Positions 1 through 19,132 of a stretch of 64,000 bases of DNA are shown piece after piece. Within the stretch, counting starts at the first letter, position 1. Every line of letters begins with the position of its first letter. The stretch covers positions 8,556,001 through 8,620,000 of the forward strand of contig CM022670.1 of assembly GCA_012295275.1 (NCBI GenBank). Direction: 5' to 3'. The stretch is from Chrysomallon squamiferum (lineage: Eukaryota > Animalia > Mollusca). The notes beneath the pieces were generated by a model, which did not search any database, was not told the origin of the DNA, and worked only from the letters and a program-made list of their open reading frames with translations. Made by a program: the position numbers and the translations under genes.

Positions 1-75
1 TTTTTATTTTTTTAAGAGATACATAACAACTTTATAAATATCCTATTATAACTACATACATATTGCGTTACTCAC

Positions 76-222
76 TTTGACCCCTGCAGCTGACAAATTA
101 AAATTAAGGTTTGTACACATCGCTTCAAATTCGTGTAAATCCAGAGCGCCATTTCCATCTAAGTCTATTCTCAGAAAAGCAGCAGTGTATGCAGTTCGTT
201 CTTCTTGACTCAAATGTGACAT
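76..222 (-). CDS. First coding exon of a calmodulin-like EF-hand protein (gene continues left of the window)
   Basis: ATG at 222, 49 codons MSHLSQEERTAYTAAFLRIDLDGNGALDLHEFEAMCTNLNFNLSAAGVK, then a GTGAGT donor (GT at 75-74). Canonical EF-hand loop DLDGNGALDLHE preceded by a CaM-like helix (LSQEE...AF). Not in the ORF track. Confidence 0.85.
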
Positions 223-344
223 GTTTTACTCCTTTCGCCCAGAAAACAAACGTATACAAGAAAGTAAATAAGAAGTCAGTTCAACGCATACACAATACAG
301 CACTTGTATCCCTTTTAGCGAAAACCTACAGCTCGGCGTCCGGG

Positions 345-358
345 TATATATATTTATA
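345..358 (-). promoter_or_regulatory. TATA box of the calmodulin-like gene
   Basis: Minus strand reads TATAAATATATATA followed by a GC-richer stretch (CCCGGACGCCGAG), ~125-135 nt upstream of the ATG at 222. Confidence 0.55.
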
Positions 359-867
359 TCTTATGTTCACTCAATTTAAATGCAGAGAAAAAAATACCAG
401 GTCCCACAAAACTTGAGTTAGTAAAATGTCAGCAGATAAAATTACTATAAATCAAACCCGGATACGAGTTATTCACTGTGGAATTACTGTTGTTATTATT
501 ATTTTAAATGTTATATATATTTTTAAGTGTGTTTTATTCAGCTGATTAAATTAATGTGTGATAAATGTGTATCATATATGCAGAGGAACTATTTACTGCG
601 ATCAGAACAGGAAGAAGACAAAAATACAAAAGCAAAACAATATTTAAAAAAGAAAGAAAAACGCGACAAAAGCCTTGTGGACAGTCTAATGACAAATAGC
701 GGGGTTTTCAATCGAATCGCTTGCTCATGCTTGCTGTATTTCACAACTGAGGTCATTTCTTGGTTTTCACATGACAGTGTGCAGTCAGTCACACGTGACT
801 CTTCGTGAAATTATGAGATGAGGAATGTGCTACCCTCCACCACCCTCTTTCTCTTTTTCTTTTAGAG

Positions 868-870
<3 letters not shown>

Positions 871-946
<76 letters not shown>
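871..946. repeat. (TC)n microsatellite
   Basis: Perfect dinucleotide run. Similar runs at 4194-4284 and 6348-6446, and (GA)n at 9869-9960. Confidence 0.95.
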
Positions 947-950
<4 letters not shown>

Positions 951-1408
951 TTTCAAAATAAAGTAACTTGCTACTTAGTAACAATGGTAATTGTTAAATG
1001 TAGAAAAGCGTCATCAGACACCCCTCTATTACTCAGCAGATTTACGTCCTTGTTAACAAACAAACACGACACTGACGTGTTACAGGTCGCTGGATTGTTT
1101 ACTCTCATACTTTGGTGTAAAATCGTCTACTCTCTTGCTGTTAATTAACAAAATGCTTTACCCTCTTGCTGTTAATTAACAAAACACTTTTTTAACTTTG
1201 TTGTTATTTTTCCTTTCTTTGTTTTTCTTTTTCTTCCCTCTTTTTTTTTATTTTTTTTATTTTGTCTTTCTTCCTTCCTTCTTATCTTATTTCCTTCGAT
1301 CTATTATTCTTTTTTCTTTTTTTTTTTTTTATTATTATTTCATTTTTCTCCGTGTAATACAGTCATTAAAAGAAACCAAATCAACACATAATACAGAATT
1401 TAGAAACT

Positions 1409-9202
<7,794 letters not shown>

Positions 9203-9240
9203 TTTCGTCAGTAACAATATTCAACGAACGACTGACAGAC

Positions 9241-9247
9241 TTAAATA
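9241..9247 (-). promoter_or_regulatory. TATA-like element (TATTTAA) of the EGF-EGF-ShKT genes
   Basis: TATTTAA ends 39 nt upstream of the MKMNVV ATG in every copy: 9241-9247, 12170-12176, 20949-20955, 24903-24909, 28879-28885, 33320-33326. Confidence 0.6.
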
Positions 9248-9616
9248 CTTATTTCCATTAATTAACTTTTATCATTTCCAAAAAGTCAAACAAAATTTAA
9301 TAAAAATGTATCTGTATCATCATATCAGTCCATATCATAGTAAATTTTATTAAATCCTTTTTCCACCCCATTAATTAAAAGACGAATCAGTGTGCTATCT
9401 ACTGTTTGTAAATTTTTTCATAATTAAAATGAATAGAGTGATATTAAGTTTTGTACGTAGAAATATTTTTATAAAACTATTATCAATTTTCCATCCATTA
9501 ATTGAAACGAAAGTAATAACCGTTATATTCAATAACTTTTGCATTACACATTTATTCTTATTTGTTTGTTCGTTTGTTTGTTTGTTAGTTTGTTTGTTTG
9601 TTTATTTATTTATTTA

Positions 9617-9664
<48 letters not shown>

Positions 9665-9853
9665 GAACCTTTTTAAAACGAAAGACATTCCCGAAAAAGA
9701 AACAAGGTACGTTTTAAATTACTTCTCTTGTTTTTATATCCGCTTCACAAAAACAAGTTCAGTGTGTACATGTTCAGTACAGTACAGTTTGACGCAGTTT
9801 CATTTTGACCTTTTCTAAAATGTACCCGTATGCATGTGTTGTAGGTTAGTTTT

Positions 9854-9962
<109 letters not shown>

Positions 9963-9993
9963 AATATTAAATAGTAACTGATATGTTTTCTAG

Positions 9994-10233
9994 ATGGGAA
10001 CATCTGAGAAACCGCTTTAGGACAATGGACAAAGATGGCGACGGTTTTGTAACGGCGGACAATTTTTATCAGGACACGATATGAAGATGATTTGAAATTG
10101 CTCTGGAAGAAGACATTTCTTAGGAGAAAACTGACTTGAACGACTACTTGGCTTTTAACAAATTGATTAGTGATTGAAGTAGCAAATGCCGACATGAAAT
10201 CAGGCATTACAGAGATTTTTAATCATTCCAGAT
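9994..10233 (+). pseudogene. Degraded EF-hand calcium-binding protein exon (sarcoplasmic calcium-binding protein-like)
   Basis: After acceptor TTTTCTAG (9992-9993) it reads WEHLRNRFRTMDKDGDGFVTADNF (EF-hand loop DKDGDGFVT), then stops and frameshifts (DDLKLLWKKTF..., LNDYL...). No partner exons seen. Confidence 0.5.
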
Positions 10234-10257
10234 GATATTAGATTTTTATTTTAAAGA

Positions 10258-10316
<59 letters not shown>

Positions 10317-10541
10317 TAGATATTTGTGGACATGGAAAAAAAAAAGGTCTTTCTTCATTTTTTTTATTCTTTCTTTCTCTTTTCCTTCCTTCCTTCCTTC
10401 TTTAACTTTCTTTCTTTCTTTCTTATTTTCATCGATCGTTCAGTTTTATTTCGGTTATAATTATTTTTATTATTACTTTATTATATGCCATATGTTTTAA
10501 TAATAAAGAATTAAAAAAATATTAAAGTTAGATGAGCTTTA

Positions 10542-12137
10542 TTAACTGTCTTCGCAGCGGTCACACTGATGTGAACACATGAAGTTTGTCATCTTAATCA
10601 TACAAATGAGTGTCTTGCTAAACTTTGTACACTTGTTATAGTCAGGTACTGTACAGTTAACTGAAATAATAATAATAATAAAAATGGTAATAATAATAAC
10701 AATAACAATAACAACAATAATAACAACAACGTTAATAATAATAACAATAATAGTAGTAGTAGTAATAATAATATAGTAATATTAACAGTAATAATAATAA
10801 TAGTAATAATAATGATGACGATCATGATGACAATAATACTATAGTAGTCGTAGCAGTATTGGTAATAATGATGATGATAATGCTGCTGCTATTAATGATG
10901 ATGGTGATGATAATAACATTACTACTACTACTAATAATAAAATAGTAACCGTAGTAGGAAGGGTAAAAGCAATTATGATAGTATTATTGATGATGAAGAT
11001 GATAATGATAATGATAAAAATAATTAATTCAATAACAGCTGAGAACTAACAGATCAACTGAAAATGAACTAAACACAAAGTAAAGTACTTATACTGATAA
11101 ATATTTTTTTTTTATAATGTTTCTCACAAATAAAAATGAACGTTTCAGAAAATAGAGATGATAACCTTTGTCACATTTTTCGCCAAAGTACCAGCGCGGA
11201 CAGTAACACGTGCAGGATCCGCGAACATGCAACTGATAGTTCTCACAAAGCTGACATCCTGCAATAAACAGTTAAGAATAAATGTAATTTAAGAAAAACC
11301 AGAGAAAAACAATAATAGCCAAACTTTTACATGAAACAGAAAACGAACAAACATGACTATTTAGTGACGTAAATATTTTTCGTTACAGCGATAAAAGTGA
11401 CAAACGTGTGTACTAGAAAGGAAACCTGCTCCAGGCACTGAAAACTTTTTGGACTAGTTTCGGATAAATGTTTGGAAACGGAAAAAAAAAAAATGTAAAC
11501 TTTTTTAAGAAAGCAACAATGTAATTAGCCAGCAAATACACGTCATGAGATTTAAAAACTTACTTTCTTCACATCTTTCTCCCGTGAAGCCAGGATAACA
11601 CCGACATTTACAGGTAGTTGTGTTTAGTCTGCCATAGTTTTTACACGTCTTTTTGAACTCTGAACAAAAAAAAAAAAAAAAAAAAATGTAATAGTAACTT
11701 GTATAATATCTGTATAAAAAGGTTGCTCAGTAACCAATGGTAATCATAGCTTCCCACGAAGAACGCCGTTCTTTGTCTTTCGTCGTTTTTCCGTGCATTT
11801 ATTTTTGGCACTGGCATTGGCAGGCATGTGTTTAAGACTGAATGTTCTTTGTCCAATGTACGTCTGATTACACTCTGCACATAGACAGTATTCGGGAAAG
11901 CTCTGGCACAGGAGGACAATGTCCAGTCACGACCTCACAAACCCCGACCACAGATTCCGATCCCGATACTCGAACGTATGGTGCATATGTTTGCAAAGAA
12001 TATTTTGGTTTACATTTGCAAATAAAAAATGTAAGTAAATTACCTGAAGGCTGAGTTTCGCTGTCTGTTATAGTCAGCGCAACAAAAGAAGCCAGGAGAA
12101 GACAAACTTTTAAAACAACGTTCATCTTCATCTTCAT
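10542..12137 (-). CDS. Gene 2: secreted EGF-EGF-ShKT protein (133 aa)
   Basis: Exons: signal 12044-12137 (MKMKMNVVLKVCLLLASFVALTITDSETQPS); EGF-A 11564-11659 (EFKKTCKNYGRLNTTTCKCRCYPGFTGERCEE); EGF-B 11166-11258 (RCQLCENYQLHVRGSCTCYCPRWYFGEKCDK); ShKT 10542-10660 (VNCTVPDYNKCTKFSKTLICMIKMTNFMCSHQCDRCEDS*). Open frame, canonical splice sites. Confidence 0.88.
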
Positions 12138-13462
12138 CAGTGATAGTTTTCAACGAATGGCTGGGAGACTTAAATAGTTCTTTCCCTTAATTAACTGTTA
12201 TCATTTCAAACAAATCTGACAAAAATTAATATTATATTTATCGGTATCATGGTATCAGTACACATCACAATAAATGTTATTGTTTTCTTTTTTACTCTCA
12301 TTAACTGAAAGACAAAGAAAGGGGCTACTGTTTGTTAATCTGTGTGTAAACTTTCTCGTAATTTGTGTAGCGATATTAATTGAAACACATAGAAATACTG
12401 ATTTGAAACTAATATTGGTTTCCAACCATTTGTGTTAGCCAAAGTGAAAGTAATAACCATTTTATAAAAACAACTTTTGTGTCCCATATTGTCTCTGTAT
12501 TTCAGTGACGTACATATTCATATTATATTAATATATGTTTGTTTGTATATGTAAAATATAAAATATTTATAATTAAAATAATAATTTTTACGTATTTTGC
12601 TCTGTGCGTGTTACATGACAACAAAAACAACAAAAACAACGAAGATCAATAATAATATAGTGGTTGATGTTATATCTAAATCATCAGATTTGTTAATCAT
12701 AATTTTATGTTTTGTTGAAATACCAGATTTATTTTTCATTTAACAAATAAACAAAGACTACTTATAAAAACTGATTCACGTTTTAATAGATTTTTCTTTA
12801 TCGCTATTGCGTTTCGTAAATCATTGCATATAAACTGCGTTAATAAGAATCAGTAAATGAAACAAAATATTATAATATTAAATGTAAACATGGCTGAAAT
12901 AGTTGTTATGAAAATTTTAACACAAGTCAATTGTCAGTGATTTAACTATGATTTATAAAGAACTGTAAAAAATGTAGATGATTATAATGTAAAGTAATAG
13001 TTTTCAAATATTTTGTCACATAATTATTTTGTTGTTATATTTGTTATGAGTTCTGATGGTTTGCTATCGCTCTAACCAAATAAAACAGTAACTCTCAGGT
13101 ATAAAAAATATTATTAGAATAGCCACACTTTGGTATTAATGTTAGTCTAAACCAGGACCAGCTTCTAAAGACTTGGAAACATGTAATAATGTACACATCT
13201 TTCATTCTGTCACTGCTCAAACGTCTCATTCTGAATATACATATACATACTAGTAAGCCTCTGTCTCTCTTTCTCTAACGATGCATGACACATCTCGAAT
13301 ACAAAAATAAAAAATAAAAACAGCTGTTAAACAGAGAAGACAGATTTCGAGTATTACCTTGGTTTCATTTGATTTCTTTAGAATTCAGTTTTACGTTTTA
13401 TAAGAATTAGTAAGACTATATTGCTGATACCCAGTTCTGTTAGATTCTATCATTCAAAACTA

Positions 13463-14120
13463 GAGTGGTACCTGTCTTTAGCGGCCCCCGAGTCAAGGGC
13501 CTTACTCCCTTTTTTTTATTTTTTTAAATTATTATAACATTGCTAAAGCGGACAGTTATATCATTTTCGATTTGTTTTCTCGAAAATTTATAATTTTGTT
13601 TGTACTGCACCTTTATACGATATGTTTTAAAGATGGCATCTCCCATTTCATGCACTGCATAACGTATATTTTTGTTGAATCACAACAGCCCGCCAAACCG
13701 TGCGAGCTGAAACCATTTGATGCATAATTTTGATCATTCAAACATTAAACATCATTCCATCATCTTAGCAGTAGTTTTGAAATCGAAAAGACTGTAAAAG
13801 GCTGGAACAAATTGGAGCTCTAATTAGGTTTCAGACGCCATATTTTATAAATATTCCTTACGCTTATCACAAGTTTTATAACGTGCGCAATATTTACATC
13901 CATCAGTGAACTCGATATATTTGCAATTGTATTTGACGAGAAAGCCGTGATGCTCGCTACGACAGTGTCCACGCCACGATGATTTACGTTTATTATGGGT
14001 TCTCGTGTGATGGATAGTAAGTATGTTAAAAAACAAATTGTCTATAATTTTTGTCGATCCTGAAATGTAGGGACACTTCTGGTCAGCCTCACAGGTGTCC
14101 GAACAAGACAGGTACCGCTG
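13463..14120. mobile_element. Non-autonomous Tc1/mariner-superfamily (pogo/Tigger-like) MITE
   Basis: Inverted ends TA-GAGTGGTACCTGTCTT (13461-13478) and AAGACAGGTACCGCTG-TA (14105-14122) match 16/18 including the TA target duplication. The paralogous region upstream of copy D (~34960-35010) lacks the insertion. No transposase ORF recognised. Confidence 0.75.
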
Positions 14121-14462
14121 TACTGGAATTGAGGAGTGGAGTAAAAGATTTTTATTTAAATGAAATTCATTCGTATTATACATTGTTCATTATTTGCTTG
14201 TAGAATTCTGTCTAACAATAAGCAGAAATAAGGGAATATACAAACAAAATACAACAAATAGTAGCAGCAGTATGAGTAGTAGTAGTAAAAGTACTAGCAG
14301 TAGCAGAGTAGACTGACCACCAAGACAACGCTACGAAAAATTGTTCGGTAACCGAGAGGAATCATCGGCGTGCATTTATGTATTTAGGTATGGAAATTAT
14401 CTGTCTTTTCCCCATTTGATTAGACTTTGCACATAAACAAAATTCGAGAATGAACTGGAACA

Positions 14463-14505
<43 letters not shown>

Positions 14506-14895
14506 ATAAATACATACATATATACATACACACATACATACAAATATATCTAATTTAATTTAATTTTAAGGTGGAATGTATTAAATCTAAGTTTGTTTTA
14601 TTTTATTTCAGTTTTTGTTATTGCTAATTAGCAGGCTAACATATATATATATATTAATTTCTTTTCTTTCTTCTTTCTTTCATTATTGTTTAATTTCTTA
14701 GCCTGTTACTTGCTTTATTTTTTTTTTTATTTCGTTCCGGATTCCTTATTCCCTTGTTTCTCTATTTTTATTGTTGAGTTATTATTTTTTGTTTCTTTCA
14801 GTTTCTCCCTGTTTTATAATCATTAAAAGAAATCAAATCAACATTCTCTACCTATCAATTATAAAGACATAAAAGTTTCTAATTTTACATCGGCT

Positions 14896-15755
14896 TTAAT
14901 CACTGGCTGGACACAGGCCACACAGATGTGGACACTCTAATTTTCCCATGTCCATCCGAGCAAATTGTGTCTTTGTAATCCACGTTACACGCGATACGGT
15001 CATGTACTGAACAGTCCCCTGAAATACAACAACAACAGTAATAATAATAATAATAATAAATTCAGTGATGATAATGATAACAACAACAACAACAACAACA
15101 ACAACAATAATAATAATAATAGTAATAATAAATTCATTGAGGATAATGAAAATAACAATAATAATACTAATAATAGTAATAATAACAATTAAATAAAAAC
15201 ATACATACATACGTATACATGTTTACACATACACACATATCTTCATATACACACAAAAACAAAATTAAAGGAACTAAAAATATAATAGTTGTAGTACTAG
15301 TTATAAATTTGAGAGTAATAATGAACATTGTTGGTGATGATGATGATTATGATGATGATGATTATAATGATGATGATTATAATAATAATAAATTCAATAA
15401 AAACTGAGAACTGACATACGTAATTTAGACATTGAACAATTTTGATGGCAGTTTCTGGGAAATGTTTAGAAAGGGAAACAGCACAGAGTTAAATAAATAA
15501 AACTACGAAATATATATATATATTTAAAAGAAAATTTAGTAAATAAACGTTTTGTGATATAAAAACTCACTTTATTCGCATCCTTCTCCCTCGAAGCCAG
15601 CCATACAGTCACATTCACAGGTGACCACGTTTAGCATGCCGAAGTTTTCACACGTCTTTGTGCACACTGAAATCGTATCAAATAGTAACTTAAATATATA
15701 AAAATAAAATCAAAATTAACAAGACAAAGCCTAATAAATAAAACAAATTAATAAA

Positions 15756-15805
<50 letters not shown>

Positions 15806-16178
15806 TACTTCTACTACTACTACTACTAATAATAATGATGATAATAAATAAATAGATAAATAAATAATCGCAGTAAAAATCCGAGAGTATAGCGACAGTT
15901 TACAACCGACAGATGAATTACTAACCACAGGCAACATGATCTAGCCTGCTGCAAATAAACTAAGCACAAACTAAACTACTGATACAGATGTCACCGCTTT
16001 TAAGATCTCTCTTACATATCAAATAATTATGAATGTTTAAGAATGTAAAAAATAAATAAAAGAATTAAAATTTTCCACATCTGTCGACGTAGTAAAAAGG
16101 GCAGACAGTAACATTTGCAGGTCCCACCAACGTGCAAACCACCAACCTGCAAACCACCATTTTCACAAGGTTCACACT
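14896..16178 (-). pseudogene. Rearranged EGF/ShKT pseudogene (EGF-B, EGF-A, ShKT; no signal exon)
   Basis: EGF-B ~16070-16178 has a 15-nt internal duplication, a +1 frameshift and no GT donor. EGF-A 15571-15666 has an in-frame TAA (…GEGCE*). ShKT 14896-15018 is 123 nt instead of 122 (+1 frameshift before …MGKLECPHLCGLCPASD*). Confidence 0.85.
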
Positions 16179-16709
16179 CTGCGATAAATAAATAAGAATA
16201 ACAGTAGTTTAAGAAAGAAAAAATATATGACGAACATGAACACTATTTTAGCAGTGAGCGTTCTCCTAACTTGTTAGTACAGATATATTTGAACAGTGTC
16301 AGTGACAGAGAAGATAAAATAGAAATGTTAATTTCATAAGTTTATTTGTTGTTAGAACGGGAGAAAATGAGCAGTTTTTATTTTATACACTTCTTGACAT
16401 TTTAAATCTGATTTTTGTTTTATTCAGTTATCAGTATTAATCAAACTCTGATGTTAAATCTTTTAATTTTTGTGTTAACTGACAGTTTAAAACTAAAAAA
16501 AAAAAATTGTTTTCTTTCGTTAGCATTTTCATATTTCTTAGCATATTACTTCCTTTAATTCTTTTTCATTCCTTCTTGCTTCTTGCTTTTTTCTTTGTTA
16601 TTACCGCTCTATCTATTTCTTTCATTGTTTCCCTGTTACATAATCATTAAGTTAACACTCTGCATTATGTAATTATAAAAAATTACAAAATGTTAAATAT
16701 ATATCAGCT

Positions 16710-16831
16710 TTATTCATTGTCTGGACACTGGCCAAACAGATGTGGACAGACAATTTTGGTAACAGGAATCGAACAAACCCCTTTTTTGTTTTTCGGCAAA
16801 CACATGTAAACATCAGGTACGGTACAGTTCA
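16710..16831 (-). pseudogene. Orphan terminal ShKT exon (truncated paralog of copy D)
   Basis: Reads VNCTVPDVYMCLPKNKKGVCSIPVTKIVCPHLFGQCPDNE*; the 5th Cys is Phe. The upstream intron matches 31091-31510 and then jumps at ~17237 to sequence normally upstream of the promoter, so the EGF and signal exons are deleted. Confidence 0.85.
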
Positions 16832-17471
16832 CTGAAATATAATAATAATAATAATACCGATGATAATAATAACTACTACTACAACAACAACATCAAAAGT
16901 AATAGTAATAATTTGTGGCGGTATAGTGACAACCCATCATATGGTTAACTCATTTTATTTTCGGTTTTTGACATTACTGAAAGCCACATGTTATTTTCAA
17001 TTAAGAATTCAGTTTAGAAAAGAGCTTTTTCATTTTTCAGACGAGAATATAAACTGAGAAAATTACACTTAAAGTTTTACTATGTAAAGCAGTAGTGGTT
17101 TCGTTATTCTTTAACCGTTTTAACCATCTTGAATACATGAAAATAAAGCAAGAAACAGTTAGTTTATAATACCAAGAAAAAACTAAAGTGTTTCCAACGT
17201 CTAAAAATCTTTATGCTAACAAATATGAAAGACTAAAGTGTATGTAAATTTATTCTAATTATATGGTGGTATAAAGTGATAAACGTAGAAATATTTATTT
17301 AAAACGGTTATCAGTTTTTTCTCCATTTGTGTTCATTGTAAAGTGAAAGTTACAACAGCTTTATTTAATAACCTTTTTACCCAAGTTCTCTCTGGAGAAT
17401 ATATTCATATTATTCACAATAATAATAATAATAAGAGATAATAATAAAAAAAATTAATATTAATAATTAAA

Positions 17472-17529
<58 letters not shown>

Positions 17530-18079
17530 GTAATAAAACTATAAAGAACACAGACAATAATGATTCAGTCGTGTAGTTTTGTGTCTTAATCTGCCGATTT
17601 GTTAATGATAATTTTATGTTGTACAGAAACTGTTGGCCGTGAAGAAATGGAAAGTCAAAGCAAGTACAGTAAAATTTTCTCTTCTTGGGTCGTCTACGAT
17701 ATTGTAGTCCAAGTCTGATCGTATCATTACTGTTTTACATAAAGAAACTTTAAATGCGATTTTCTCAGTTCATGTTTTCTGTAATATTTTCTTTTCTACT
17801 TGGAAATTTTAAATAATTAAAAATGATTTTAATTGGTACTAACCTGTAGCTTTCAATAATGTCGGAAAACCAAGGATAAAATTTGTGAGCATGTGATTGG
17901 TTTTCCTAGACCGCCGCAAATTATTACTATTAATTTTGATGTTGTTGTTGTTGTGTTGTTGTTGTTGTGTTGTTGTTGTTGTTATTGTTGCTGTTATCAT
18001 TATCATTACACGCTTTCTGACACTATACGTAATATCTTTTAAATAGCATAAGTGAACTAAATTGTCCATACTTCACACG

Positions 18080-18221
<142 letters not shown>

Positions 18222-19132
18222 TGCTTGTCTGTAATGCCAATTTAGAAAGAAACCATTAGTCACTACAAACATTTAATTACAGATATTAATTTGTTTCACG
18301 TTTATATTCATTTTGTTCAGAGTTTTACTTGTTTCAGTTAAATCATGTATATCCGTTCATTTATAAAACACTTTTGATACTTTACTCCAGTTACATGGTA
18401 AAATATTTAATTAGTTTTAATATTAACTCATTCGGCAGTATCATTCGAAATTACTGATTTCAATTACTAATCAACTCGGTTTTCAGTTGACTTTATTTAA
18501 TGGGGAAAATTTTTATAAATATTGTAATGTGGATTCATTGTATCATGCAAGTAAAATAATATTTAAATTTATCGATTATTTATGAACGGAGAAATAACTA
18601 TTTCCAAGGACAACCTATTTAAATTTTTCTGTTAGAATATTATTGGTAAATATGATGAACATGAACACTATTTTAGCAGTGAGCGTTCTCCTAACTTGTT
18701 AGTACAGATATATTTGAACAGTGTCAGTGACGGAGAAGATAAAATAGAAATGTTAATTTCATAAGTTTATTTGTTGTTAGAACGGGGGAAAATGAGCAGT
18801 TTTTATTTTATACACTTCTTGACATTTTAAATCTGATTTTTGTTTTGTTCAGTTATCAGTATTAATCAAACTCTGATGTTAAATCTTTCACTTTTTGTGT
18901 TAATTGACAGTTGACAACTAAAAAAATTTTTTTTGTTTTCTTTCGTTAGCATTTTCATATTTCTTAGCATATTAGTTCCTCTATTTCTTTTTCTTTCGTT
19001 CTTGCTTCCTTGCTTTTTTCTTTGTTATTACCGCTCTATGTATTTCTTTCATTGTTTCCCTGTTACATAATCATTAAGTTGACTGTATTATGTAATTATA
19101 AAAAATTACAAAACGTTAAATATATATCAGCT

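Noticed and set aside
111-416. Plus-strand 101-aa ORF
   Set aside because: Antisense shadow of the minus-strand EF-hand exon 76-222.
825-1148. ORFs with SLSLSL, ERERER, HTHT, IIII, LLLL, MYVC runs throughout the ORF track
   Set aside because: Translations of microsatellites and low-complexity DNA; no coding signal.
13845-14183. 112-aa ORF as a possible transposase
   Set aside because: No DDE or HTH motif; it overlaps the MITE end and reads across its boundary.
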